A DNA stretch of 37,934 bases from a virus (taxonomy: Duplodnaviria > Caudoviricetes). Shown here piece after piece: positions 1 to 8,109 of the stretch (position 1 is its first letter; each line of letters opens with the position of its first letter). The notes beneath the pieces were generated by a model. The model had not been told where the DNA came from. It searched no databases and was given only the letters and a program-made list of their open reading frames with translations. Location of the stretch: positions 1 through 37,934 of the IMG/VR virus record IMGVR_UViG_3300033067_000657. The stretch is one strand, 5' to 3'. A program made the position numbers and the translations under genes.

Positions 1-16
1 CATCAGTGATTTCCTT
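1..16 (-). CDS. Start of a gene running off the left edge (ATG at 3-1 plus its RBS)
   Basis: Minus strand reads ...AAAGGAaatcactgATG at the window edge, downstream of a candidate promoter. The product cannot be seen. Confidence 0.6.
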
Positions 17-30
17 TGGCAGGTGTTAAT

Positions 31-60
31 AGGCATGATTTAAGTTTTGATAATGTGCCT
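31..60. promoter_or_regulatory. 30-bp palindromic operator-like site, copy 1
   Basis: AGGCATGATTT-aagttttg-ATAATGTGCCT; overlaps the -10 region of the leftward promoter. Confidence 0.7.
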
Positions 61-79
61 AATTCCGTTCCCATGTCAA
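50..79 (-). promoter_or_regulatory. sigma70-like promoter
   Basis: Minus strand TTGACA (79-74), then CACATT at 16-bp or CATTAT at 18-bp spacing; A-tract upstream. Confidence 0.6.
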
Positions 80-88
80 CCTATTTTT

Positions 89-1483
89 TTAGGAAATGTG
101 AAGCTCCTCGCGCTGTCGAGTGCAGGCGACATAGAGACTGCGGAAGGCTTCGGGCCGATTGCGATTCTGCATTATGTCCTCAAGGTCGATAAAGGTTTTG
201 AGGTAGGAAGAACCCTGACTGCGGTGGGAGGTGATAGCGTAGGAATGGCGGATTTCATTAAAGGCTTCCTTGAGCGTCCAGAACTCTTTCCACTTATACC
301 GCTTGCCGGTTTTGGCCTCCGCCGCGAGTTCGTTCAGCCGATTGTTGAGGTGGAAGCGCCCGTCGTCGGTCAGGGTTCGAATCGTGCATTTGCGCTCGTT
401 TTCCCCGAGGCAGAGGAGATTGAAGATTTCAAACTCCTTGAATCTAGGGTGAGAGCCGACTGTGCAGGCGAGGACTGTGGCTTCTTCGTCAGTCCGCATG
501 AAGGTATTATCTTCGAGGTCTTTGAGATGTGCTGTCGCGACGATTTTGTCTCCTTCAAGCCAGTCATTGAGCTTGGCTTCCTGTCGGCCGAAGATAGCTG
601 CGCGGATTAGCTGGTTGTATTTGTCAACGGTGACATTCCTCCAGGCAATGACCTTTGCTTCGCCGGATTTGAAAAGTTCGAGGTTAAGCATGATCTGATC
701 CAGCCACTCAGTTCGGGTTTCCCGGAAGACTGGCGCGCAGGTTTCGATCTTGATACTAGGGAAGGGGTTGTCTACCTGCTTGCGGATTGCGGTGGCAAGG
801 TCCAGCATGGAGTTGCCATACCGCATGACAGTTGTGAGTTCGGAGAAAGGCTCAATCTTCCAAACAGGGGAAGTGATTTCCCCAACTGGTGGCAACTGCG
901 CCGGATCACCCATGAAGAGGAAAGGCACAGACCAGTCATCAAAAGCATCATTCACCGCTTCCATCAGAAAACGATTGACCATCGAAGCCTCATCGCAGAC
1001 TATGACTTTGTAGGCGGAAAGGTTGACTGGTTCTTCCGGCTTCGAGAGTTCTTTGACTTCCCCGTTGGCCTGGAGAGATAGTCCAAGAAGTGAGTAGATT
1101 GTCTTGGAAGGGGAGTTTTCAAGACCAGCTCCGTCAAGGTAGTTTCGGAGGACTTTGACTGCTTTGTTAGTCGGAGCCGTGAAGCAAATTTCTTCAGGCT
1201 TGAGAAGGCCGCTTTTGGCCAGGAGAGTAATCGAGTAGCTTTTCCCAGTCCCGGCGTAGCCTCTGAGACAGAAGAACCTCGGGCCATTGAACTTACCTTT
1301 CAGTTTAGTTGTTGACGGGAGATTAAGCTGGAGTTCTTCGGATGGGACAGTCTCAAGCGGCCCGGCGGCTTGTGCCGCTACAGCGTATCCATCTTTCAAC
1401 CACTGCTGCATAGACTCCAGCGCGGCGGCTTGCTCCGGTGTCGGGGTGAGTTCGGCTGGGGCAAGTGTTTCAGTATCAGACAT
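89..1483 (-). CDS. SF1B DNA helicase, Dda/RecD-like
   Basis: Walker A GYAGTGKS, APTNKA, DEASMV, GDPAQLPPV, TSHRSQGSSY and YVACTR motifs. Confidence 0.93.
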   Translation of the reverse strand: MSDTETLAPAELTPTPEQAAALESMQQWLKDGYAVAAQAAGPLETVPSEELQLNLPSTTKLKGKFNGPRFFCLRGYAGTGKSYSITLLAKSGLLKPEEICFTAPTNKAVKVLRNYLDGAGLENSPSKTIYSLLGLSLQANGEVKELSKPEEPVNLSAYKVIVCDEASMVNRFLMEAVNDAFDDWSVPFLFMGDPAQLPPVGEITSPVWKIEPFSELTTVMRYGNSMLDLATAIRKQVDNPFPSIKIETCAPVFRETRTEWLDQIMLNLELFKSGEAKVIAWRNVTVDKYNQLIRAAIFGRQEAKLNDWLEGDKIVATAHLKDLEDNTFMRTDEEATVLACTVGSHPRFKEFEIFNLLCLGENERKCTIRTLTDDGRFHLNNRLNELAAEAKTGKRYKWKEFWTLKEAFNEIRHSYAITSHRSQGSSYLKTFIDLEDIMQNRNRPEAFRSLYVACTRQREELHIS

Positions 1484-1518
1484 TAAAGTTTCCTTTTCAG
1501 GTTTCGAGGCTTCGCGCC

Positions 1519-1701
1519 TTAAGCATACCAGAAATTAACTCGGAGCATTTCGAACTGTTCCGCGGTTTGGCTATACCCCGCATCGCGCAGGGCTTCGAGG
1601 AGAATGTCGTCAGCGCGACTATGCGCGATTTCACGATCCCCGTGCGAGCAGTTATTCAGCAACCGATTAGCGAAGATTTGATCTGACTGGGACTTTGTCA
1701 T
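1519..1701 (-). CDS. Small phage hypothetical protein (60 aa)
   Basis: D-x-E-x-A-H-x-x-A-D-D...GY...WYA pattern familiar from small phage proteins; in operon; AAGGA RBS. Confidence 0.7.
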   Translation of the reverse strand: MTKSQSDQIFANRLLNNCSHGDREIAHSRADDILLEALRDAGYSQTAEQFEMLRVNFWYA

Positions 1702-1957
1702 CCTTGATAATCCTTTTTCCGAGGACGTAGGTTTTCAGTGGTTCGAAGGACTTTGTATTGGCACCGGCCAGGTCCTTTGCGAGCGCAAAAGTCTCACACC
1801 GGGCGATGACTGTCCGGACGTGGTAGGTCTTTCGCTTTCGGGAAAATCTTTCAACCTTGATAACCGCCCAACAGGTAGCTTTGTAGTCTTCTACAGCCAG
1901 CCACCCGCCTTGATGGGAAGGTCTCTGGCCTTCGACGATGAAGAGAGGTCTGGTCAT
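1667..1957 (-). CDS. Hypothetical protein (MTRPLFIVEG...)
   Basis: ATGA overlap with the upstream gene's stop at 1954-1957; start trimmed from the ORF track. Confidence 0.6.
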   Translation of the reverse strand: MTRPLFIVEGQRPSHQGGWLAVEDYKATCWAVIKVERFSRKRKTYHVRTVIARCETFALAKDLAGANTKSFEPLKTYVLGKRIIKDDKVPVRSNLR

Positions 1958-2136
1958 TGTTCCGACCTTTCTTTCAGCCAATTAGCAAAGAGCTTGCTCA
2001 CCAGCTCAGACATCATCCCGAAGGGAACTTTCTGTTCCAGATCACTCCAGAGTTCGAGCTTCACCCGCGTGAGGATGGATTCAGGGATGTAGAACCGAAC
2101 CGGGATCGGCTTGTCGAGCTTTTTAACCCTGGGCAT
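1954..2136 (-). CDS. Small DNA-binding protein, probable ribbon-helix-helix fold (60 aa)
   Basis: AGGAGG RBS. MPRVKKLDKPIPVRFYIPESILTRVK...MSELVSKLFANWL has a basic arm, an alternating beta strand and two helices. Fold call is inference. Confidence 0.65.
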   Translation of the reverse strand: MPRVKKLDKPIPVRFYIPESILTRVKLELWSDLEQKVPFGMMSELVSKLFANWLKERSEQ

Positions 2137-2632
2137 TGATATCCTCCTGTTGATAGTCCCAAGCTGGGACGACTGGTTCCGCCGTGCGCACTGTCGCGCC
2201 AGTGAAGGAAAAGCCATGCTCTCCGCAGCAATCCGCGCAGACATGGGTGATAGATGTGACAGTCATCGTCTCCCTTGGAAGATCGAACTTCGGGGCAGTG
2301 GTTTTCACCCACCGCTTGTTGGAGGGTTTCTTCGGCTGGAGCTGGCGCTCCATGTAGTGGCTGAAAATCCGATGGACGGAACCGCAGCCATCGCATTGCT
2401 GCTCCGCAAAGAGGGCTGTGAGAGAGACCGACTTCCAGAGGTCGGCATCGAGAAGAGCCCGGGCTTCTAGGAAGTTGGCGCGGGCGACTGCGCGGGTAGC
2501 AGGGTCGAGGCGGGTGTTTAGGCTGGCGCGCCGATCTTTCTCCCGATCGGCTTTGATCTTGTCTTTCTTGATTGTGAGGGCAATCTCTGCTTCGAGAGAG
2601 GCGAAGAAGTCATCTGTGGAAAGATCAGTCAT
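2123..2632 (-). CDS. Zinc-binding hypothetical protein (169 aa)
   Basis: CDGCG and CADC motifs; overlaps both neighbours. Confidence 0.75.
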   Translation of the reverse strand: MTDLSTDDFFASLEAEIALTIKKDKIKADREKDRRASLNTRLDPATRAVARANFLEARALLDADLWKSVSLTALFAEQQCDGCGSVHRIFSHYMERQLQPKKPSNKRWVKTTAPKFDLPRETMTVTSITHVCADCCGEHGFSFTGATVRTAEPVVPAWDYQQEDINAQG

Positions 2633-2807
2633 TGCATACCCCCGTTTGATAAACAGCTTTCGTGAACTTACTATCGTTGAAATTTGCCTCTCTGGAGAGC
2701 CTACTGACAAAGGCATTAAGGATCAAGCCGTTTGTGCGGTTTTCTCTGGGAGAGTTCATGATACTGCGAAGAGCTAAGGCTATTAGCTCATAATCTTTTC
2801 TGGTCAT
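2625..2807 (-). CDS. Small phage hypothetical protein (MTRKDYELIA...)
   Basis: AGGAG RBS; first gene after the promoter at 2848-2876; MTRKDY..IA and F..A pattern common in phage early proteins. Confidence 0.75.
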   Translation of the reverse strand: MTRKDYELIALALRSIMNSPRENRTNGLILNAFVSRLSREANFNDSKFTKAVYQTGVCND

Positions 2808-2847
2808 TTCAAAAGTCTCCTAATCTGCGCGGAATTGCGCTATTCAT

Positions 2848-2876
2848 TCTATACCACACAATGGGCACAATTTCAA
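2848..2876 (-). promoter_or_regulatory. sigma70-like promoter for the 2807-to-89 operon
   Basis: Minus strand TTGAAA-N17-TATAGA with TG extension (tgtggTATAGA). Confidence 0.6.
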
Positions 2877-2892
2877 CTTCTATTTTATGCCC
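2863..2892. promoter_or_regulatory. 30-bp palindromic operator-like site, copy 2
   Basis: GGGCACAATTT-caacttct-ATTTTATGCCC; covers the -35 hexamer. Confidence 0.75.
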
Positions 2893-2932
2893 AAAAGGAA
2901 AGCCCCCGGCTGCCTACTGACAACCGGGGGCT
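2893..2932 (-). terminator. Intrinsic terminator
   Basis: Stem AGCCCCCGG/CCGGGGGCT followed on the minus strand by TTCCTTTT. Confidence 0.8.
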
Positions 2933-2969
2933 CCTTGCCCAACAGCGGATTAGGGGACGCTGTGGGAAG

Positions 2970-3548
2970 TTACGCTGTCTTGGAAGCCTTCGGCGCCGGG
3001 CCGGAGATGCCAAGTTCACCAAGCAGCGAATCGGTATCCACCGTCGACTTCGAGCCTGCAGCCTTGGCCGCTTCCAGCCTCTCGATGATCGGGCGGAGCT
3101 TGTCGCTGCGACGGAGAGCGAACTTCTCTGCCTGAGTCTTAGGGGCCAAGAACTCCTTGATCTCTGCGACGGTTTTGCCAGAGGCCTCGACTAGTGCCTG
3201 GATAAGGACGGATGTGCCTGCGAACTCGCCAGCCTTGCGAGGGGCAGTCCACTCACCCTTCGACAGACGATCGAGGAGAGCGTCAAAGGCAATCACTGCG
3301 TCTTCAATATCGGATTCACCAGCGATGGCATCTCCGAGCTTGGCTTCAATCCCGTGGGCGATGAACTGCGAGAGCAGCGCGGCAGGCGGGGTAAAGGTCC
3401 GGGTCTGGCCATTGATGAAGTCAAAAGTCGAGGTGACAGTGCCATCTTCGGCGATAGTTGAGTTCTTCGAGAGCTTCTGGCGCTTGCCGAAGCCGACAAC
3501 GCGGCCGTCAGTGAGGGTAACAGGTGTCTTTTCAGCTACTTCAGCCAT
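2970..3548 (-). CDS. Hypothetical protein, paralogue A (192 aa), monocistronic
   Basis: AAAGGA RBS; own promoter and terminator; aligns by eye with 8817-9329. Confidence 0.9.
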   Translation of the reverse strand: MAEVAEKTPVTLTDGRVVGFGKRQKLSKNSTIAEDGTVTSTFDFINGQTRTFTPPAALLSQFIAHGIEAKLGDAIAGESDIEDAVIAFDALLDRLSKGEWTAPRKAGEFAGTSVLIQALVEASGKTVAEIKEFLAPKTQAEKFALRRSDKLRPIIERLEAAKAAGSKSTVDTDSLLGELGISGPAPKASKTA

Positions 3549-3595
3549 GATAGGTTCCTTTCGTTTGCAGGTGGATGATCCGACTTGCGAGATTG

Positions 3596-3624
3596 AATGT
3601 GCCGGAGATTGGCACGAGAGTCAA
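3596..3624 (-). promoter_or_regulatory. sigma70-like promoter
   Basis: Minus strand TTGACT-N17-CACATT, about 50 nt upstream of the 3548 start. Confidence 0.6.
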
Positions 3625-3923
3625 GTCTGCAATTCGGGGTTTAGAGTGAGAATTGAATTTAGGAGCTTTGGCTTGGCGGTGATGATAAGCGCAAAGCCGT
3701 CGCGCCGCTTGTGAATAGTCGCCCGATAGGTGATCGTCCTCTCACGCTCAATAGCCTCATGATCGGATGATTGCCTAAGGCACCATCGGAATCTTCTCCA
3801 TTGCTCCGCTAGGCCGAGAAGGTCGGCGCGCGAGCTGGAAACGCGAAGAGTCGCTGGCGGATGCTTATGCGCGTCGTGGAAGGTATAGGGAAACATCCCA
3901 GGAGGGAGATAGTGCCAGCCCAT
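3621..3923 (-). CDS. Hypothetical protein (100 aa)
   Basis: TAATG coupling with the upstream gene at 3923. Confidence 0.7.
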   Translation of the reverse strand: MGWHYLPPGMFPYTFHDAHKHPPATLRVSSSRADLLGLAEQWRRFRWCLRQSSDHEAIERERTITYRATIHKRRDGFALIITAKPKLLNSILTLNPELQT

Positions 3924-4333
3924 TAGTCTTCACTCCGATCATAGAAGGGGTTGGGGGTGGAGCTTGGGGCAGTAAGCTTTTTCAACGACTCCACAGCCGC
4001 GAGCTCTTCCTCGTCCATGAGGTCTTCGGCAGTTATGCCGAGAGCCTCAAGCTGGTCAGAGAGTTCGGAGATTGTCTGCCGTTCCCCGAAGGTTATCTGC
4101 CAACCTTCGAGATAGCCAGGGTTGATCTTTGGAACAAGCTTTTCGCAAACCTCTGTTAGGATAGGATCGTAGAGCTTCCCAGTGCGATAAGGCCGGATAA
4201 CCCGATAGAGAGTTCGCTTTAGGGTTTGTGCAGTGGATTTGGTTTTGAGCTTCACGACAAAGTTCTCTGGGTCGGCGTGAGCCTTTTTCCAAATCGCAAG
4301 GCAGAGCTTTTGCTCTTGGGTTAGGGCAGTCAT
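3923..4333 (-). CDS. Hypothetical protein (136 aa)
   Basis: GGAG RBS; ATGA overlap at 4330-4333. Confidence 0.8.
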   Translation of the reverse strand: MTALTQEQKLCLAIWKKAHADPENFVVKLKTKSTAQTLKRTLYRVIRPYRTGKLYDPILTEVCEKLVPKINPGYLEGWQITFGERQTISELSDQLEALGITAEDLMDEEELAAVESLKKLTAPSSTPNPFYDRSED

Positions 4334-4590
4334 TGGCTGTCTCCGGGGGTGAGGGCTTTGATCTCGGTGAAAATATCCAGCGCCGCTACGGCTGCACCAA
4401 ACTGTCCGGCTGCTAAGGCAAGGCGCTCTGCATCAGTAGCAACCTCCGCTGCTCTCTCCTGCATGGCCCGCTCGCCTGCTATGCGGTGAGAAGCGAAGGC
4501 TTCGGCCAACTCGCTTTCGCCAGGATAGTTTGGGTCTGTTCGATACCAAGCCGCCGCAGCCTCTCTGTCAGCATCTGTCACGGTGGTCAT
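4330..4590 (-). CDS. Hypothetical protein, Ala-rich helical
   Basis: Tiles between its neighbours; 'ERAAEVA'-type helix typical of mosaic phage ORFs. Confidence 0.65.
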   Translation of the reverse strand: MTTVTDADREAAAAWYRTDPNYPGESELAEAFASHRIAGERAMQERAAEVATDAERLALAAGQFGAAVAALDIFTEIKALTPGDSQ

Positions 4591-4592
4591 GT

Positions 4593-4856
4593 TCAATCCA
4601 GTCCAGTTTCGAGTTGCGCCTTGCTGACAAGGTTCGCCATTTCGCGGAAGGTGTCGGCCAGTTCTTTCCGGCGCTCCTTCGACTTGGGAAGCCAGAACGT
4701 CACAGCGCTACGATCATCATCTTCGGGCGGGTGGTGCAGTTTGTCGCTGCTGTGCAGGATCAACTGGACAGCGCTGTAAACCAAACCAGTATTACTCAGC
4801 TTCTCGACCAAATGGCATTCGCTGGTCAGTTCTTGGCTGTAGACATTAATTCTCAT
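4593..4856 (-). CDS. Hypothetical protein (MRINVYSQELT...DDDRSAVTFWLP)
   Basis: AAGGAG RBS; tiles in the operon. Confidence 0.75.
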   Translation of the reverse strand: MRINVYSQELTSECHLVEKLSNTGLVYSAVQLILHSSDKLHHPPEDDDRSAVTFWLPKSKERRKELADTFREMANLVSKAQLETGLD

Positions 4857-4858
4857 GT

Positions 4859-5032
4859 TCAAAGCTCCTTACTTGCGGCGATTGCTGCGGCTAGGGCGTG
4901 TGTTGGTTCACACCACGGACAGGGGCCTCCTGCCCCACCGTAACAACGATCATGCGCATTGACGCAGACCAGTCTGATAAAGCGTCCTTTATAGTCGCGC
5001 GGAGGTAGCTCGGCTTTTGTCACGGTCATCAT
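4859..5032 (-). CDS. Small Cys-containing hypothetical protein (57 aa)
   Basis: TGATG overlap; C-x3-H-x2-C...CPWC; C-terminus duplicated from the upstream gene. Confidence 0.55.
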   Translation of the reverse strand: MMTVTKAELPPRDYKGRFIRLVCVNAHDRCYGGAGGPCPWCEPTHALAAAIAASKEL

Positions 5033-5071
5033 CAAAGTCCTTTCGATTGCGCGATTGCTGCGGCTAGGGCG
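4878..5071. repeat. 21-bp exact direct repeat at the 3' ends of adjacent genes (4878-4898, 5051-5071)
   Basis: GCGATTGCTGCGGCTAGGGCG occurs twice, encoding ALAAAIA on the minus strand. Confidence 0.9.
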
Positions 5072-5373
5072 AGTGCGGGGGTGGCTGCCCACGAGGTTGC
5101 GCTTTTGCCCGGTGCAGTGAAGTTGACCGGGTAAAACGTCACCACACCACGTCCGTCAGTTGTGCGCCGAATATCTAATCCTTTGTCTGTCAGCATCATC
5201 GCCGCAGCCAGCAGGCTTTCGGAGGTGTCAATGGACAGGAGACATTCATAGTCAGCCCACCAGCGGCCATCTAAAATCCGCCCGCTGTTCCGAATTACAA
5301 TGCACAACTCGTTCAATAGCCCCGCCGTCTCCTCAGCCTTTGCGCTGGCGATGCGGGTGGATAGCGGGATCAT
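5032..5373 (-). CDS. Hypothetical protein with phage ABA-sandwich-like C-terminus
   Basis: SIDT...AA and AATPALALAAAI motifs; ATGA overlap. Confidence 0.65.
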   Translation of the reverse strand: MIPLSTRIASAKAEETAGLLNELCIVIRNSGRILDGRWWADYECLLSIDTSESLLAAAMMLTDKGLDIRRTTDGRGVVTFYPVNFTAPGKSATSWAATPALALAAAIAQSKGL

Positions 5374-5600
5374 TGCTGTAGCTCCCATGACAGGCGAAGG
5401 GGCCAGTAGATCGGCCAGAAAACGGTTGCCAACGCAGCCTCAAAGTAGGGGCGGCACGGCTCATCATAGTATGTCACGGACCAGTCTGGATTGGTTCTCC
5501 GCATCGTGCAGATGCGCGGCGGGGCCATGTAATTCCCAAACGTGAACACAGCCACAGCCAGATAGACCGCCAGCCACAGGCGTGGGGATTTGAGGGTCAT
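5370..5600 (-). CDS. Small membrane protein (76 aa)
   Basis: Two hydrophobic segments (LWLAVYLAVAVFTFG; AALATVFWPIYWPL). Confidence 0.7.
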   Translation of the reverse strand: MTLKSPRLWLAVYLAVAVFTFGNYMAPPRICTMRRTNPDWSVTYYDEPCRPYFEAALATVFWPIYWPLRLSWELQQ

Positions 5601-6088
5601 GGCTTCTCTCCTTCGCCCTGAACCTGCACAGCGAGCTTCGCTACTTCGCGCTGGACGTAGGCGACATCACGATAGACATCCTGACTGCCTGCTATTGAGC
5701 GCCCAGTTTCAGCTTCCCAAGCCATGCCTGAACGATCCCATATGTGCGCGCAGTCAAAACCGAGCCACCACACATCGTCAGGCTCGCCGGGCGCGGGAAT
5801 GTGGCAAACGTGTTGACCTGGATCATCGCTATGATAGCAGGCGGAGGCAAAAGTCAGCCCGCCGTGAACATCGGGGCAAGGCTCGCAATTGTCGTAGTCC
5901 TGACCGTGCCACTTGTGCCCTTCGGGAACGCCGACATAGCCGCAGAGCGCGCCGCTCGGCCCCCGAACAATAAGACAAGGCAGACCAGTAGCTTCGTCCT
6001 GCCATTGCATCTTGTCAGGTTCATTATCCCAAGGCCCGCGTGGCCATGCAGACTTGTCAATCGTGCGATATTCAAGGGTTTCCATCAT
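5597..6088 (-). CDS. Conserved phage hypothetical protein, probably metal-binding
   Basis: CGYVGVP..H, VHGGLTF and WWLGFDCAH..D motifs; AAGGAG RBS. Confidence 0.85.
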   Translation of the reverse strand: MMETLEYRTIDKSAWPRGPWDNEPDKMQWQDEATGLPCLIVRGPSGALCGYVGVPEGHKWHGQDYDNCEPCPDVHGGLTFASACYHSDDPGQHVCHIPAPGEPDDVWWLGFDCAHIWDRSGMAWEAETGRSIAGSQDVYRDVAYVQREVAKLAVQVQGEGEKP

Positions 6089-6328
6089 TCTTCTCCTTCG
6101 CTCTGTGCGATTAGCTTTTCGACGGCATCTTTGAGCCGCCAAGCAGGGTCTTCGCCGTAGCCTTGGGACTGGTGTTGCACTGACAACCGCGCAATCTGCG
6201 CAATGGTGTCGTAGGCATGGGCGCGAGGTTCGAGGTCTGCGACTTGCCTGCGTAGCCGTATAATTTCATCGTGTCCGACACGCAGAAGTTGTATTATCTC
6301 AGGTCGTTCCATCATTCTTCTCCTTCGC
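6080..6328. repeat. 22-bp exact direct repeat at gene junctions (6080-6101, 6307-6328)
   Basis: Minus strand GCGAAGGAGAAGAATGATGGAA contains RBS, stop and start. Confidence 0.9.
6085..6315 (-). CDS. Hypothetical coiled-coil protein (76 aa)
   Basis: AAGGAG RBS; ATGA overlaps at both ends. Confidence 0.75.
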   Translation of the reverse strand: MMERPEIIQLLRVGHDEIIRLRRQVADLEPRAHAYDTIAQIARLSVQHQSQGYGEDPAWRLKDAVEKLIAQSEGEE

Positions 6329-6509
6329 GCTGGGCGGGTTGATGCTGGCCGGTGGCGTCGATGCCAAGTATTTTGGCCAAGTCCTCCCGGAAGCTGTTCG
6401 CGGCATCCTTTACGATGTGGTCAATCTCGCAGTCTTCGGCTTCCCGGTAGCTGCGAAACCGCTTGCTGCACTTCCCGCAAATCCATGACGTAGTTGATCT
6501 GACCATCAT
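6312..6509 (-). CDS. Small zinc-finger-like protein
   Basis: W-I-C-G-K-C-x3-F-x5-A-E-D-C-E-x2-H pattern. Confidence 0.7.
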   Translation of the reverse strand: MMVRSTTSWICGKCSKRFRSYREAEDCEIDHIVKDAANSFREDLAKILGIDATGQHQPAQREGEE

Positions 6510-7333
6510 CCCCACCTGTGTTCAGTGATACGGATAGGACCGTCGCCGCCAAAGTGGGCAGAGACATAATCCTCTGCATCAGTCCTTCGACAAAAACGCA
6601 GGGCTTCCAGACTGGCCTTGGTCCAGCAAGCCTCATAGGCCGCTTCGCCGGGGCGCAGTGTCAGCCACTTCGGCTCGTCTTGATGCTCGATCAGCCAGCC
6701 CGTTTCGCCCACAGCCGCCTGTTCTTCCGCCACTCCCCGCGCATGGGCTGCGGCGATCTCGCGGGTGAGGATGGGGATGCACCTTTCGGCCATTTCTTCC
6801 CAGCCAACTAGCGGATCGTGGTCTGGTAATTTCAAACCTGAAATAGCTACCGCCAGTTCCTCCACCAACTCCTCGCCAGTGGGCCGGGAGTTGAGCGGTG
6901 GCCCCATACCCATGAGCCACTTCCAGTAGTTGCTTTTCACACGGTCAGCCTCACGGTGATCAATGTCCCCGCCGGGTGAAAATCTCACAAGAGGCGCGGT
7001 GTCCATTGCTGCGTTGTCGCAGCATGGTCCACAGGGCGATTGTGTTGACCATGTGCCGTCTGGCCAATTGATCCACCTCGCTCCGCAGTTTACGCAATAG
7101 TGTGTTAGTGTTGCCTCGCCAGTGCCCGATGCAGAGGGTGCGCCAGCCCCGGATGCTTCCAGAACCTCCCCCGCATCGGACCTCTGAATATCGCTCGCCT
7201 CGCCAGTGGACGCGGTGGGCTGGGGGACGGGCTGGCGGGCTTCCAGCGCCTCGATCCTGTCAGCAGCTTCTAGCCGCATGACGACTTGACTATGGCCGTG
7301 CGGATTGCGCAGGCGGTGAACTAGATCATCCAT
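6506..7333 (-). CDS. Mosaic hypothetical protein (275 aa)
   Basis: DLVHRLR...EAADRIEALE N-terminus, CxxC/CxxCC middle, WLIE...A.RF..R.DAE C-terminus. Confidence 0.75.
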   Translation of the reverse strand: MDDLVHRLRNPHGHSQVVMRLEAADRIEALEARQPVPQPTASTGEASDIQRSDAGEVLEASGAGAPSASGTGEATLTHYCVNCGARWINWPDGTWSTQSPCGPCCDNAAMDTAPLVRFSPGGDIDHREADRVKSNYWKWLMGMGPPLNSRPTGEELVEELAVAISGLKLPDHDPLVGWEEMAERCIPILTREIAAAHARGVAEEQAAVGETGWLIEHQDEPKWLTLRPGEAAYEACWTKASLEALRFCRRTDAEDYVSAHFGGDGPIRITEHRWG

Positions 7334-7841
7334 CTTTCTTCTCCATCTTGGCGAGGGCTGCGCGGGCGCGATCTAGGCTTGCTGTATAATCGACCACCAT
7401 CTGATCGAACATGCGATCAGATGGCGCAGCCTTTTTCGCGGCTTTTCCACCCTTCTCTAGCAGCGAAATTGAGGCGGCTAGACTGGCTGCGGTATCCAGC
7501 AACGCAGCCTTCGCCTCGGCAAGCTGCCGTTGCAGGGCTTCGATGGTGTCGGCGGCTTCATCCCGCTCGCGCAATGCTGCGATGATCTCCGGAACGGCGT
7601 TGCGGAGGGCGACTGACAGTTGAATGTTGGCCGTCGCCTCCTTCCATGAAATGCGCCGCTCACCCGCAGACGCCTCTTTCCAGTTATGGAAGGCGCAAAG
7701 CACCCACGTCCCAAAGCCGCCTGAACGGTGAGGGATCACAGCAAGCGTTTCATGCCCGCCGTCCTGCGTCGGGTCTTCCTCGGTTTCCCAAGGCCCCGGC
7801 GTCGCAGCATCGCTAAGCTGCTGGAGTTGGTCGTGGGTCAT
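7326..7841 (-). CDS. Ead/Ea22-like protein
   Basis: N-terminal AATPGPW and 'ANIQL..ALRNAVPEIIA' motifs. Confidence 0.75.
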   Translation of the reverse strand: MTHDQLQQLSDAATPGPWETEEDPTQDGGHETLAVIPHRSGGFGTWVLCAFHNWKEASAGERRISWKEATANIQLSVALRNAVPEIIAALRERDEAADTIEALQRQLAEAKAALLDTAASLAASISLLEKGGKAAKKAAPSDRMFDQMVVDYTASLDRARAALAKMEKKDG

Positions 7842-7972
7842 GCTTGTAGCTCCTTCTTCTCTTGCCGGGCCTTTCGCAGTTCCCAGAACCTCCTATCCTC
7901 TCTGGACATTGGTTCGAGTCTCGAAGGAAGGAGCTTGCTTTGTGTTGCTGAGTGAATACGGAAAGCAGTCAT
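7838..7972 (-). CDS. Small basic hypothetical protein (44 aa, MTAFRIHSAT...)
   Basis: First ATG after the promoter at 8008-8036; ATGA overlap with the next gene. Confidence 0.55.
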   Translation of the reverse strand: MTAFRIHSATQSKLLPSRLEPMSREDRRFWELRKARQEKKELQA

Positions 7973-8007
7973 TGGGAAGGTTCCAGTTCTTTTGTTGCTA
8001 TCTCGTG

Positions 8008-8036
8008 CATCGTGCGACAATGCGGGGGGAGAGTCA
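8008..8036 (-). promoter_or_regulatory. sigma70-like promoter
   Basis: Minus strand TTGACT-N17-CACGAT directly after a terminator. Confidence 0.6.
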
Positions 8037-8052
8037 ATTAAAGATTTCCGGC

Positions 8053-8086
8053 AAAGAAAAGCCCGGTGGCTTTGCAGTCACCGGGC
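8053..8086 (-). terminator. Intrinsic terminator
   Basis: Minus strand GCCCGGTGAC-tgcaaa-GCCACCGGGC then TTTTCTTT. Confidence 0.85.
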
Positions 8087-8109
8087 GGAAGGTTAGGCTT
8101 TTTGAAAGG

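Noticed and set aside
47-610. 187-aa + strand ORF and the many other long antisense ORFs in the track (e.g. 3157-3714, 13720-14541, 15296-16294)
   Set aside because: They are shadows of well-supported genes on the opposite strand, with no RBS or recognisable motifs.
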